Shown here in pieces: positions 1-10,541 of a stretch of 64,000 nucleotides of DNA. The notes beneath the pieces were generated by a model that was not told where the DNA came from, made no database searches, and saw nothing but the letters and a program-made list of their open reading frames with translations. Location: the NCBI GenBank assembly GCA_963934255.1, contig CAWVXU010000005.1, forward strand, positions 2,570 to 66,569, in the 5' to 3' direction. Origin of the DNA: an uncultured Fibrobacterales bacterium (GTDB lineage Bacteria; Fibrobacterota; Fibrobacteria; Fibrobacterales; CAWVXU01). Position 1 is the stretch's first letter, and every line of letters starts with the position of its first letter. The translations under genes were made by a program, and so were the position numbers.

Positions 1-159
1 CTTTATCAAGAGCATCGCACGGGACAAGTCGCCCAATTTAACACTTCTGCAGAAGCTGTTGATGATTCTCAAGCAGCTGGCAGCGAATCTGGGGGCGGTG
101 AAGCGGGTCAAATCTTAGATCAATCTGAGATTGATAACCTCATTGATGCAATGGGTTAA
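1..159 (+). CDS. C-terminal end of a protein (partial) with a CheY-P-binding-type peptide (FliM-N/CheZ-C-like)
   Basis: Frame 1 is open from base 1: LYQEHRTGQVAQFNTSAEAVDDSQAAGSESGGGEAGQILDQSEIDNLIDAMG*. A flexible linker precedes ILDQSEIDNLI, resembling LSQxEIDALL. Confidence 0.6.
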   Translation, partial: LYQEHRTGQVAQFNTSAEAVDDSQAAGSESGGGEAGQILDQSEIDNLIDAMG

Positions 160-169
160 ATTAAAATAA

Positions 170-1222
170 TTAGCTAAGGTAACGAAGATAGACTTCCAAC
201 AAATCTTTGACCACATGATTCCATTTATAAATCTCAAATGCTTCTGGATTTCTTAGGGATATTTTGTTTTTTGGGAGAGCGGTAATTGTTCGATAGATCC
301 CACCAAAAGACAAATCCTCAAAGTAAGCTGCATTCTCTTGAAAGTATTCTCGTGTTCCTCCAAATGCAGTAATGACGACTTGAGTTTTCAAGGCACAAGC
401 CTCTAAAGCTGCAAGTCCTGGAGTTTCAAATAAAGAGGGCATGACAAAATAAGATGCTTTGGATATAAGCTGTTTGTAATCCACTGATTTGGAATCCATT
501 GATGGGAAGTGTTTAATATTATCTGATTGTGAAATGAGATTACGACACTGACGCGAGTATGAGCCTTGGCTAAACGAACCCACCAGAATAAGGTTGCGAG
601 CATTTTTCCCTTTACCATGAGTTTTGTTATAAGCCTTCAAAAGATTAAGAGTGTTCTTTCGAGGATTCCCAAACATACCAGTAGAAATATCGTATTCCTT
701 AAAAGGAGTCTCATCATCACTTTGGAAATCCTCAAAAAATTCAGGATGAATACCATTGTGTAAAATTTCAATTTGATTTGATGGAAGCTTCATAGAATCC
801 ACGAGAAGCTGGCCTTCAGCTTGAGTATTAGGTAATACTTTGGTGGCACCCAAAATCATTTCTTGAGCAGTTTGAAATTGGTTTTTCCAACCAGAAAAAA
901 CGTGTTCACTCATGCGCCCTAGTTGAATTTGAGTCTTAATAAGAGTTGGGCTCTTATCGGAATAAAAAATAGGTGTTATCCAGTAAGGAATATTCTGACC
1001 TTTTAAGTAGAGAGTCAGATTATGAAGGCTAGGGTCTGATCGAAAAAGATGAACTAAGTCATAGTCTTTAATATTCACACCTGGTCTGAGGAAATCGACA
1101 ATAATATTGATCTTATTATCTTTGGTCAATATTTGAAACTCTTTAAACATAGAGTTAACTTGATTCCAAGCTCCTCCACCTACAACTTCAAATTCGTGAG
1201 GTATGACCCAAAGTATTTTCAT
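170..1222 (-). CDS. Glycosyltransferase family 4 (GT-B)
   Basis: N-terminal MKILWV..GGG motif, RKN, and PSLFETPGLAALEA (ExFGxxxxE-like) motif; last gene of a polysaccharide operon. Confidence 0.85.
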   Translation of the reverse strand: MKILWVIPHEFEVVGGGAWNQVNSMFKEFQILTKDNKINIIVDFLRPGVNIKDYDLVHLFRSDPSLHNLTLYLKGQNIPYWITPIFYSDKSPTLIKTQIQLGRMSEHVFSGWKNQFQTAQEMILGATKVLPNTQAEGQLLVDSMKLPSNQIEILHNGIHPEFFEDFQSDDETPFKEYDISTGMFGNPRKNTLNLLKAYNKTHGKGKNARNLILVGSFSQGSYSRQCRNLISQSDNIKHFPSMDSKSVDYKQLISKASYFVMPSLFETPGLAALEACALKTQVVITAFGGTREYFQENAAYFEDLSFGGIYRTITALPKNKISLRNPEAFEIYKWNHVVKDLLEVYLRYLS

Positions 1223-1223
1223 A

Positions 1224-2753
1224 TTAATTTCTGTAAAAATGTTTACGAAGCAAAGATTGCTTCCATTGTCTGAGATTAAATTTACGACAATTTATGTGAT
1301 TTTGCTCGGATTTCATTTTTTGAGGTGTCGGGCATTCAATTTGAGTAGCATGATAACGTTCATTTTGTCTCCAATTGAGATATTCATGAGCCGTCATAAC
1401 ACAGAGTTTTTTAGAATGAGGAGCTAGGCCTTGAACCCATAATCCAAGAAATTTTATCCACACTTCTAGAGATTCAAGATCTTTGTGCATGGGATGGTCA
1501 TACCATGTCTGAGGAAGTGATAAATTAAATTGTTGAGTGCCAAGATCGGTAAAATATTTCATCCAAGAATATACATCCAATTGAGAATTCATCAAACTAT
1601 GCGGACATATTGGGTGCCAAGGAATCTGCCATCCTAGCTTTTGATATTTGTCATTATTTAAGTGAAGTGGAAATGAATCATATGCAAAAGAAAATTCTGA
1701 TCCATATTCAAAACCGAGTTGGTTTTGTAGCTCTCCTAATCCTTGAGGATGGAGTCCGTAAGGAGCAGCATGACCTTTGAGTTGTAATTCTGAAGATTCA
1801 AAATTTTGAATCCACTGCTCTGCTAATATTTTTCCTTGTTTAAAGTTTTTCTCGTTCATCTTCATATCAGCCAAGGTCCTATGTTGGTAGCAATGAACAC
1901 CCCATTCATGCTTTTCCCAGTGAAGTGGAAACTCAAATTGAGATGAATTTGAAGGTAATTCCAGTTGATTGATGGAATTTTCAATAGGGGCTGTATCCAA
2001 GAACAAAGTCGCCTTGACTTGGTTTTCATCAAGTAAATCAACATAGTGTTTTAATGAATTAAAATCTGCACCGTCAGTGTCAATGCGATACAAGAATACT
2101 CCTTCATAGCCCTGAGGATAATCAGGTAAATAGTGAAGTGGTATGCCTTTAGATGAAAGTAAATATCTCAGACTCTCACGAAACAAAATAAGAACTGACC
2201 CGCGATCAAGAGAGCTAACTTCTTCGTGGGGCCATCTACTTTGATTAGGTTGGCCACCCTCTTTATGTCCGTAACCAAAAGCTAAACTTTGGGTGGATTG
2301 AAGATCAAATATGGCTTGAAAGTTCAAACCCCAATATATGAAAGTTCTACTGCCAATGATTGTATCACCACATGATTTCCAATTAACATGCGAGGAATTC
2401 ATTTTTTCCGAGTTTAAATGATCTTGAGAAGAGCACCAGTTCAATTGAGGAAAACCGACTTCAAATGGAAGCTGAGAAAGATCCCAAGAGTGAGTCACTT
2501 TTTTTGAGCTAGATTTTAAACCCTCAGTAGTATTTTCAAAAACTCTAAAAATTAAACACTGATTATCTCTTTCTAAAAGAGTCTCTTCTTCATCGGAAGA
2601 AAAGCAAATAAAAACATTTATGGATAGTTTTACCACATCCAATTCAAGTATCTCATTGAGAGTGGATACACGATAAGGAAGCCCTAGGGTCCATAGAGAA
2701 AATTCAATTCTTTCATGAGAACTCGTTAAGATTATTTGTTGAGTTTTTTCCAT
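1224..2753 (-). CDS. Polysaccharide deacetylase-like (NodB/CE4 fold) protein
   Basis: RIDTD motif, KATLF, EWGVHCYQH (HxxxH), GHAAPYG, YGSEFSFAYDSFP; lies in an EPS cluster. Confidence 0.65.
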   Translation of the reverse strand: MEKTQQIILTSSHERIEFSLWTLGLPYRVSTLNEILELDVVKLSINVFICFSSDEEETLLERDNQCLIFRVFENTTEGLKSSSKKVTHSWDLSQLPFEVGFPQLNWCSSQDHLNSEKMNSSHVNWKSCGDTIIGSRTFIYWGLNFQAIFDLQSTQSLAFGYGHKEGGQPNQSRWPHEEVSSLDRGSVLILFRESLRYLLSSKGIPLHYLPDYPQGYEGVFLYRIDTDGADFNSLKHYVDLLDENQVKATLFLDTAPIENSINQLELPSNSSQFEFPLHWEKHEWGVHCYQHRTLADMKMNEKNFKQGKILAEQWIQNFESSELQLKGHAAPYGLHPQGLGELQNQLGFEYGSEFSFAYDSFPLHLNNDKYQKLGWQIPWHPICPHSLMNSQLDVYSWMKYFTDLGTQQFNLSLPQTWYDHPMHKDLESLEVWIKFLGLWVQGLAPHSKKLCVMTAHEYLNWRQNERYHATQIECPTPQKMKSEQNHINCRKFNLRQWKQSLLRKHFYRN

Positions 2754-4144
2754 CGTTTTAACAGTGGTTTCGTTTGAGGTAGAGTGGGTCTAAGTGGGTG
2801 GAATATTGAAATTAAACTGATAATAATAATTGGTAGCACAATTTTGGAACTCCAAGAATATTGATTAAATTGATTGACAAGATACAAGCTGATCGGCCCC
2901 AAGGTAAATAGCCAAACAGAAATTGCTTTAAATTGTTTGTCAAACGCAAAATAAGATAAAAATGTTACTAATAAAAACTCACTCAAGATCATCGCTTGAG
3001 GCATAGACTCAGGATCTTGTAAAGCAGTGGTAGTCATGATAACAAATGGTGCAATGGCAGAATAAAGGCTCACCTTAAATATTTTATATCCAGTGAATTG
3101 ATGGAAAATCCAGGTTTGGACAAAGCTATGAAAAATTGTCAGTGGTAAAAACAAAGAAAGAACTCTAAAGTCACTAGCTAAGTTTTTAAATTCTGGTGCA
3201 ATGAAGTGATAAATAAAATCAATTGGCAAAGCCACAACAAGAAGAGTCCCCAACCATGTGATATAAGAGAAGAAGGTAGCTAGCTGCAGATATGAATAAC
3301 TTTCTTTGAATTTTGATTGCAGTCCTGAGAGTAGAAATAAATGAATTATTTGATCAACTATCATAGCGGCGCCGAGAATTTTTAGTGCAAATCCAAAATT
3401 ACCTGTAAGGTTGTTTTCTGCGACAAGCCCTAGGATGAGTGCTCCATAATGAAGGCTGACTGAAAGAAAAACTTGACTCATGCCTATGTGAAATGATTGG
3501 TGAAACCACTTCTTAAAACGAGTATTAAACCCATGACTAAAAGATTGAAATAAATACTTAGGGTGATAACCGCCAAAACCAACACGACTAGCTGCCCAAA
3601 TCATCAACGGTAGCATGCCAACATGAGATATAAAATAGAAAAAAGAAACGAGATGGAAATCCTCGCCTGAGTGGACTTGAGTAAATATGAGAGCGACAAA
3701 AACAATTTGTGCACTTATTCTAACCTGATTGATATAGTGAAATTTTTGCTTGGCTTGGAAGTACCAATCTGGAAATAAAACATCAAAGAAACTTGACATG
3801 ACATACCAAAATGCGATCTGTCTCATCATACCTGCATCGGTAAATGCAAAAATTAAAGCACTGACTATGCCGATGACGGGGATTGACCAAACTAATTTAT
3901 AACTGTAAAGTTCTGCGGATTTGGACTTGGAGTTATCGCGAGTACTTTCGATCAGACTAGTGATATTCCATCCTAGATCGCTGACTAAAGTCGTGTATTT
4001 TAAAAGGGCAGCACCCAAAACAATCAAACCCAAAGTCGCTGCTCCACCGATGTCAGCTAAATACCAGAAGACCCAAAGATTAGATGCCTTCAAAAGAATT
4101 TGACCTGCACCAAGACTCCATATTTTTCTAATAAAATTAAGCAT
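2732..4144 (-). CDS. Oligosaccharide flippase (Wzx/MOP family)
   Basis: About 12 hydrophobic helices, DLG and WYFQA motifs; sits among glycosyltransferases. Confidence 0.75.
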   Translation of the reverse strand: MLNFIRKIWSLGAGQILLKASNLWVFWYLADIGGAATLGLIVLGAALLKYTTLVSDLGWNITSLIESTRDNSKSKSAELYSYKLVWSIPVIGIVSALIFAFTDAGMMRQIAFWYVMSSFFDVLFPDWYFQAKQKFHYINQVRISAQIVFVALIFTQVHSGEDFHLVSFFYFISHVGMLPLMIWAASRVGFGGYHPKYLFQSFSHGFNTRFKKWFHQSFHIGMSQVFLSVSLHYGALILGLVAENNLTGNFGFALKILGAAMIVDQIIHLFLLSGLQSKFKESYSYLQLATFFSYITWLGTLLVVALPIDFIYHFIAPEFKNLASDFRVLSLFLPLTIFHSFVQTWIFHQFTGYKIFKVSLYSAIAPFVIMTTTALQDPESMPQAMILSEFLLVTFLSYFAFDKQFKAISVWLFTLGPISLYLVNQFNQYSWSSKIVLPIIIISLISIFHPLRPTLPQTKPLLKRWKKLNK

Positions 4145-5129
4145 TTACTAAGTCTCTAATTTCTGAGAAGTTTTCATAATAATAAGTTTGTGATGTTGTA
4201 GAATGTACCTTCGAGTACAATTCTAGGCTAGGGTACTTCGGAAGAATTATTTTGGATTGAAGTCGGTTTTCAAATTGACTTTGATATTGATGAGCTAGAT
4301 GCACACCGCCACTATATAAAATTTTTTCAAAACCAAAGACAACGGCAAGTGAATTATGGTGTAACCACGCTTCTTCTTCTCGGCTAACAAAACGATTGAT
4401 CCACATATGTGAGTCATTTGAATCAACCCATTCGTTAACTTCTGCAGTGTAGTTTTTGTGCAGAAGGTCTGTATTTTTGGCAAGACCTGCAACGATAACT
4501 TTGTGGTCTTTAAGTGCCTGTAATATTTTCAAGGTATTTTTATAAGGAGCTACTTGGCCATAAATAAGGATAAATCTCTCAGGATATCTCTCATTAAAAG
4601 TAGCGACACATTCATCGGGAATGGAGCTTTGAAGGCTCAATTCGTAATCAGGATGTTGTAATACTTGAATCTTATCCAAATTGAGATGATAATATTTTTG
4701 CACCAAATAAATATGACTTAGATGATGCACCAAAACGACATGAGACAAGTTGGCCATGATAGTTCTTAATTTTTGTTGCAAACCAGGCATCGGAGCATCG
4801 TGTGGGAGGATATTGTGAATAGTCCAATAAATCGTACCACCACAGAGTCGGTAAAGTAGGAGTATGAAAAGTCTAAAGACTAAACGTGTGAACCCAAATC
4901 CAGAACGAAATTCAAACCAGTGGTGATGAACTAGTGATTTGGGACTCAAAAGAGCCATGATTGGGAGTATAATACTCCATTTAGGGAAGCTTAAAACTTG
5001 AAGCCCCTTGTAAAGCAATGTTAAATAGGGGTTTTTGCTTTCTACATGGTGTGGATTGGGGTAGACCCAAATATTAGTAAAATCGCTAAATATTGCTTTA
5101 TTCATGGAATCATTTGCTTTATTTTGCAT
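4137..5129 (-). CDS. Glycosyltransferase (GT4-like)
   Basis: NPYLTLLY, HHHW, WTIHNILPHD, GQVAPYKN and SG motifs typical of GT4 mannosyltransferase-like proteins. Confidence 0.7.
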   Translation of the reverse strand: MQNKANDSMNKAIFSDFTNIWVYPNPHHVESKNPYLTLLYKGLQVLSFPKWSIILPIMALLSPKSLVHHHWFEFRSGFGFTRLVFRLFILLLYRLCGGTIYWTIHNILPHDAPMPGLQQKLRTIMANLSHVVLVHHLSHIYLVQKYYHLNLDKIQVLQHPDYELSLQSSIPDECVATFNERYPERFILIYGQVAPYKNTLKILQALKDHKVIVAGLAKNTDLLHKNYTAEVNEWVDSNDSHMWINRFVSREEEAWLHHNSLAVVFGFEKILYSGGVHLAHQYQSQFENRLQSKIILPKYPSLELYSKVHSTTSQTYYYENFSEIRDLVNA

Positions 5130-5180
5130 GCATTCTCTTAATAATATTGTAATTTAATCTGCAAGTTATGCGGGGGTCTC

Positions 5181-6134
5181 TTGTTACAAGGTAGAAAATA
5201 CGATTGGTCAGATAAAAGATTCTTACTGATAGATGATGAATCATTTGCGCACTCTATAATGAAGCATATTTTTGAGGATACCCACGTACAGCTCATTGAG
5301 TACACTGATTCTTTTAAAGCGATTGATTTTTTACTTGAGCCTGACCAAAAGATTGATCTTGTTTTGGCTGATTTACGCATGCCAGGTATGGATGGTTTAG
5401 AAATTTTACGCAAATTTCGTCAAATGCAACCTGGAAAGAACACCCCCTTTATCATATTGAGTGCATCTGATGATGCTAATGAAAAGACTCGCCTCTTTTA
5501 TTATAAAGGCACCGATTTCATATTAAAACCATTTCATAAAGGTGAGTTATTGGCTCGCCTCAACATGCATCTAGATATTCATGAGCTTCAATTAGAGCTT
5601 CAAGACAAAGTTCTTGAGCTAGAAAAGCTTGCTTGGGTGGATCCACTGACTAATTTGGCTAATCGTCGAGCTTTTAAAACTCGTCTCAACCAAGAGATGT
5701 CATTAGTTAAACGTCATGATCGAAGTATGGGTTTTCTCATGATAGATGTTGATCATTTCAAGAAGTTCAATGATACTTACGGTCATAGCGTGGGTGATTT
5801 AGTTTTACAAAGTGTCGCTAGGCGTATTGAAGAGCCATTAAGAGATACTGACTTTTGTGCTAGGTACGGTGGAGAGGAATTTGTGGTAATTCTTCATGAA
5901 TCAAGCCTTCAAGGAGCCCTTATTGTGGCCGAAAAGATACGCCGTAACATAGAAGAACATAGTTTTACAATAGCAGATCATGCTAGTGAAGAGATTAAAG
6001 TCACTGTAAGTATTGGGGTTGCCTCAAAAATAAGTTCTGATGATACGGATACTAATACACTCATAGACATCGCCGATCGTAGACTTTATAAAGCAAAAGG
6101 TCAAGGCCGTAACCAGTCTTGTTCTGAAGATTGA
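5181..6134 (+). CDS. Response-regulator diguanylate cyclase (REC-GGDEF, WspR/PleD-like)
   Basis: REC with DD, DLRMP and KP; DPLT; intact GGEEF with RDTD I-site five residues upstream. Confidence 0.92.
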   Translation: MLQGRKYDWSDKRFLLIDDESFAHSIMKHIFEDTHVQLIEYTDSFKAIDFLLEPDQKIDLVLADLRMPGMDGLEILRKFRQMQPGKNTPFIILSASDDANEKTRLFYYKGTDFILKPFHKGELLARLNMHLDIHELQLELQDKVLELEKLAWVDPLTNLANRRAFKTRLNQEMSLVKRHDRSMGFLMIDVDHFKKFNDTYGHSVGDLVLQSVARRIEEPLRDTDFCARYGGEEFVVILHESSLQGALIVAEKIRRNIEEHSFTIADHASEEIKVTVSIGVASKISSDDTDTNTLIDIADRRLYKAKGQGRNQSCSED

Positions 6135-6171
6135 TTATATTTACAAGAAGAGAAAAATTTAGGAGAAAAAC

Positions 6172-6936
6172 ATGAAAAACTTAATAACTAAAGCAGCAAT
6201 CGTTTCCGCGATGATGGCGGCGCCATCATTTGCAATATTTGGTCTTGGTGCACATTATGCTCCAGCATTTCACACGATTGATGCAAAGAACTCCGCGTGG
6301 GAGCTAAGAAACGAAGTTGATAAAACAGGTCAAGTTAATTTGTTTCAAGGTGAAGTGACAAAGATGGAAGGATTCGGCTTTAAATTTTGGATCGACATCA
6401 TTCCTGTGATAGATATTGAAGCTTCAATGAATATCAACTTTGCTAATTACTCAACTGACCTTCAGTTCTCTGATGCAGATAATAAAAAATCTGAAAAAGT
6501 GGCACTGAGCCCTGATTTTGATTTCGCGGGCGTTGCAGTTCCGAACTATTTTCAAGCAGTGAGTGATTTAACGGTTAACTACCCTGTCTTTGATGTGATT
6601 CCTATGTTAACCCCTTATGTAGGCGCGGGTGTTTCTTATTTTGCTGGAACTCCAATTGCTGATAAAGCATTTGTAAAAGATTTTTTGACTAAAAACCCAA
6701 CACTTGAAGCTGACCTAGAAACTAGTCCAGAACAAGTGGCTGAGAAAATTGCTGAAAAATTAGCTTCCGATGGTTTCACTACAGCAGTGGGTGGACATGT
6801 TCAAGCGGGTATTCGTTTTAAACCAGTTATCATCCCATTTGCGATCTACGCAAACTCTAAATACTATTTTGGCGATCTTCATGAAGCAGTGAGCCAAGGA
6901 GCTTTGTTTGAGCTTGGTGGTGGCATCGCTTTCTAA
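6172..6936 (+). CDS. Secreted/outer-membrane beta-barrel-like hypothetical protein
   Basis: AGGAG RBS, signal peptide (..APSFA), PYVGAG motif, alternating beta pattern and terminal Phe. Confidence 0.6.
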   Translation: MKNLITKAAIVSAMMAAPSFAIFGLGAHYAPAFHTIDAKNSAWELRNEVDKTGQVNLFQGEVTKMEGFGFKFWIDIIPVIDIEASMNINFANYSTDLQFSDADNKKSEKVALSPDFDFAGVAVPNYFQAVSDLTVNYPVFDVIPMLTPYVGAGVSYFAGTPIADKAFVKDFLTKNPTLEADLETSPEQVAEKIAEKLASDGFTTAVGGHVQAGIRFKPVIIPFAIYANSKYYFGDLHEAVSQGALFELGGGIAF

Positions 6937-6964
6937 ATAAAGTAAAGCTTTTTTTACAAGCTAC

Positions 6965-6995
6965 GGCTTTCCTCTTTGGGGGAAGGCCATTTAGT
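6965..6995 (+). terminator. Probable intrinsic terminator
   Basis: ggctttcctc-tttg-ggggaaggcc hairpin (with G-U pairs) after the 6172-6936 gene, followed by T-rich sequence. Confidence 0.5.
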
Positions 6996-7031
6996 TTATT
7001 CAGTATCAAGATGTCAGATAAGGGGTATAAT

Positions 7032-7742
7032 ATGTCAAATAATAAGTATCAAGTGTTAATAGTAGAAGACGAACCGGCAATTGCTGAGGGTCTTGTTGAC
7101 ATCTGTATTTTTAAAGGCTATGAAGCTATACACTGTGCTGATGGTGAAAGTGGATTAGAGGCTGCTCTGAGTGGTCGTTTTGATCTAGTGATTCTGGATA
7201 TTATGCTCCCTAAGATGGATGGATTCACCGTTTGTAATAAAATCCGTGATGTCAATCGTGAGCTACCGATTATTATTCTATCGGCCAAAACATCCGAAGG
7301 TGATATCGTCGAAGGCCTCAAATTAGGTGCTGATGACTATGTTAATAAACCATTTTCAATAGCACAACTTTTTGCTCGTATGGAAGCGGTACTTCGCCGT
7401 TCTAAAAAAACAATTGATGCTGAAAATCACCTTAAGTTGGGTGAGTTAGTTATTCACTTCAGAGAATATTCAGGGACTCGAGGATTAGAACAATTTCCAT
7501 TTACTCGTAAAGAAATTGAAATTCTAGAATACCTCAACAAAAATCATGATGTGGTTGTTTCAAGACAGGACCTACTCCGTGAAGTGTGGGGTTATGAAAA
7601 TGCAGACACTGTAGACACTCGTACAGTAGACATTCACATTACTAAACTTCGTAAAAAAATTGAAGTCAACCCTGCGGTGCCGCGTTATTTAATCACGCTT
7701 CGCGGACAAGGGTATCAGCTGAGAACAGGATTAGAGGGCTAA
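7032..7742 (+). CDS. OmpR/PhoB-family response regulator
   Basis: EDE, LDIMLP, GADDYVNKPF, winged helix RTVDIHITKLRKK; start at 7011 or 7032. Confidence 0.93.
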   Translation: MSNNKYQVLIVEDEPAIAEGLVDICIFKGYEAIHCADGESGLEAALSGRFDLVILDIMLPKMDGFTVCNKIRDVNRELPIIILSAKTSEGDIVEGLKLGADDYVNKPFSIAQLFARMEAVLRRSKKTIDAENHLKLGELVIHFREYSGTRGLEQFPFTRKEIEILEYLNKNHDVVVSRQDLLREVWGYENADTVDTRTVDIHITKLRKKIEVNPAVPRYLITLRGQGYQLRTGLEG

Positions 7743-7748
7743 GACCTC

Positions 7749-9599
7749 ATGTTAAAGCTCAAAATATACCTGGCAATCTTCTTTATTGCTCTGGCAATCC
7801 CTATTACTGTTCTTTTAAACGGGTCCTATGATCAGCTCCAATCTGAGAGGATTTTAGCGACTCGCGACAAAGCAGGCATTATACTAAAGTCCATTAATAG
7901 AACAATCGCCCAAGATCTTAAACGAGAAAGTATTCGTTCCTACTCCGAATACCGATTTTTAATGGCCATAGAAGTACTTGGTGGCGAAGGGCTAGCTCTT
8001 TCCCCTTTAGCTGAGTTTCCAGCCAAAAGCTCATTTGTAGGGCTCTTAGGGCACTTTCAGATTGAACCAGATGGCGAAGTTCGCACTCCATTTGTCCCCG
8101 ATGGCCATCTAGCTCAATTAAAAATTGAAGCCAAGTCAGATCGACTCATTGCCAAAGATAAAGTTAGACGAATTATTCTTGCCCATAAGTTACAAGATCT
8201 TGATGTGGTTAAAAAGGTAACCACAAAGAAGTTAAATATCTCAGGTGTGGATATCGAAGGCGTTGAATTTAGTGGCTTACAAATCACCAAATTAAATGAT
8301 GACAATTCAGATGCTCGCTTCGAATCGTCTTCAGAAAAAGCAGATTTTGTTTTTGAGGTAGAATCAGAGGTGGATGATGCAGATATCTCTCAAGTGATTC
8401 AACCTCATACTAAAAGTAACGTCTTAATCAAAGAACTCACCAATCAGGTTCAAGCTAAGGCACAACCACAAATTGATGCTAAATTTTATGGTGTAGAAGT
8501 GCATCCATTTAAAGTTCTCGTGGGTGAGCATCATTTAATATTTCATCGAGATGTATTTAAAGGTGGTGAGCGTTATGTCCAAGGTTTTGTAGTCAATGTG
8601 GCTTTATACCTTAACTCAATAGTATCTCGACAACTCGAGCTTTCTATTAACAATGAGCTTGCTATGAGGTTCTCAAATATTCATCAAGTACTCATGACTT
8701 TTCAAGATAAAAAGTTAAAATATGAGGGTGTTTATCAATCACAACTCAAAGCACCTTTTGATAATCTTACACTTGATATTGGTCTGCCCCAGATCGGCTC
8801 ACCTCCTGGCGCTATTCTTATATATATCCTAGCTGTCTTGATTACTTTACTCCTTGGTATGGGATCAATGGCGATTTATAAATTGGCAAATACTCATGTG
8901 AGTATGTCAAGAAAACGCTCAGACTTTATTTCGGCTGTGAGCCACGAACTCAAAACCCCACTGACCGCAATTCGAATGTATTGTGAGATGTTAGAGATTG
9001 GCTTTGTAGCCAATGAAGAGAAACGCCAAAGTTATTATGCTAAAATTTCTTCAGAGTCAAATCGACTCAGCCGACTCATACAAAACGTTCTAGACCTTTC
9101 TAAGATAGAGAGAAACTCGTGGAGTGTGGAGCTTAAGCCTTATGTGCTAAGTGAATTGATTTATGGCTACAGAGACACCTGGAATAAGAATTTGGAACAA
9201 CGTGGTTTTGAGGTTGAATTTAATCTCAAAGAGGAAGTAACTGTTCATATGCTGGATAAGGATGCTTTTATCCAGATTTTGGTGAACATTGTAGAGAATT
9301 CTATTAAGTTCAGTGCTAATAGCCCGAAGAAAAAAATCGAAATACAAACGAAGCTGAAAGAAGATTATACTGAACTTCGAATTCGGGACTTTGGACCAGG
9401 TGTGCCTTCATCTGAAGTGAGTAAGATTTTTGAAGTTTTCTATAGGGTAGAAAATGAAATGATAAGGTCGACTTCAGGAACAGGTATTGGCTTGTCGCTT
9501 GTCAAGAAATTCTCTGATGAAATGAAGATGAAGATCGAAGCCAAGAATGTAAATCCAGGGCTTATGATTATTATTCATATTCCGATGGCCTCAATCTAA
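7749..9599 (+). CDS. Sensor histidine kinase (2 TM, large periplasmic domain, HisKA + HATPase)
   Basis: SHELKTPL H-box, NIVENSIKF N-box, DFGPGV G1, GTGIGL G2. Confidence 0.92.
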   Translation: MLKLKIYLAIFFIALAIPITVLLNGSYDQLQSERILATRDKAGIILKSINRTIAQDLKRESIRSYSEYRFLMAIEVLGGEGLALSPLAEFPAKSSFVGLLGHFQIEPDGEVRTPFVPDGHLAQLKIEAKSDRLIAKDKVRRIILAHKLQDLDVVKKVTTKKLNISGVDIEGVEFSGLQITKLNDDNSDARFESSSEKADFVFEVESEVDDADISQVIQPHTKSNVLIKELTNQVQAKAQPQIDAKFYGVEVHPFKVLVGEHHLIFHRDVFKGGERYVQGFVVNVALYLNSIVSRQLELSINNELAMRFSNIHQVLMTFQDKKLKYEGVYQSQLKAPFDNLTLDIGLPQIGSPPGAILIYILAVLITLLLGMGSMAIYKLANTHVSMSRKRSDFISAVSHELKTPLTAIRMYCEMLEIGFVANEEKRQSYYAKISSESNRLSRLIQNVLDLSKIERNSWSVELKPYVLSELIYGYRDTWNKNLEQRGFEVEFNLKEEVTVHMLDKDAFIQILVNIVENSIKFSANSPKKKIEIQTKLKEDYTELRIRDFGPGVPSSEVSKIFEVFYRVENEMIRSTSGTGIGLSLVKKFSDEMKMKIEAKNVNPGLMIIIHIPMASI

Positions 9600-9656
9600 G
9601 AAAGTGGGCTCATCTACGCATATGGAACTTGATACAATCTGATATAATAGTATCGC

Positions 9657-10541
9657 CTAAATATTCAAAAAATCAATTTCAGGTATGGCTGGAATCTGAC
9701 CACACTCAAAGGCATATTGATAAAAGAGTTTAAGGCCTTCTATTTCAGATGCCCCTAGGCGATAATTAATCTTATTGAAGTATTCTAGGGCTTGGGTCTG
9801 ACTGAGAGTCTGTGGATAAGATTTACTCCAACGAGTATATACGCCAATTGGGTCTGTTTCAAAGTCTTCAATAGCCTGATTCAGTTTTTGGTGCCAATAC
9901 TTGTGGTCGACTTGAATATCATGGCAAGGGTTCTCTAAAGTGCCTTCTATGTCTTTAGTCGCCTTTGACCAATCTTTCCTGAATATCCACAAACCAAATA
10001 CAAATGGGAGTCCGGTCCATTTGACCCAAAGGCTCGCCAAATCAAATTGGTACTTCCATTGGCCATTGAGGGATTCTTTAAGCGCAAGGTCACCTATGAG
10101 GAGTTTGGCATCCTGTAGCTGAGGAGCCTGGCCCTGAGGTCGAGGTTGAGAATCACGCTCAGCAACCAAGATGGCTTCTTGATTACGCCATTTTTTGAAA
10201 AGAATATCCAATAAGCAAATGGAAGTCTCAGAATCTTGAGTGAGTAGGACGCTTTGAATTTCTTCGAAGGGTTTTTGTGAAAATAAGATGACGGATCCAA
10301 TAGCATCTTTGGAAGCGGTGCAAAAATGAGGACTGATTTGGTAAAGTGTCGGGTTTTTAGCGTATTCGATCGAACTTGAAGGCGCCGATTGAACAAATCC
10401 ATCAAAAAGCAAGCGATTACACTGCGCTGGAGAACCACTTTTATAGGAAAAGTGTGACTCTTTGACCTCATTATGGAAAAATGGGGCACAAACTAGGTAG
10501 GGAATTCGCCCTAAAGTGTAGTATTTGCTCATTAATTTCAA
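9657..10541 (-). CDS. mqnA: Chorismate dehydratase, futalosine menaquinone pathway
   Basis: LGRIPYL..P, SSIEY, SETS, LLIGDLAL and DL..LW..WTGLPFVFGLW motifs. Confidence 0.85.
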   Translation of the reverse strand: MKLMSKYYTLGRIPYLVCAPFFHNEVKESHFSYKSGSPAQCNRLLFDGFVQSAPSSSIEYAKNPTLYQISPHFCTASKDAIGSVILFSQKPFEEIQSVLLTQDSETSICLLDILFKKWRNQEAILVAERDSQPRPQGQAPQLQDAKLLIGDLALKESLNGQWKYQFDLASLWVKWTGLPFVFGLWIFRKDWSKATKDIEGTLENPCHDIQVDHKYWHQKLNQAIEDFETDPIGVYTRWSKSYPQTLSQTQALEYFNKINYRLGASEIEGLKLFYQYAFECGQIPAIPEIDFLNI

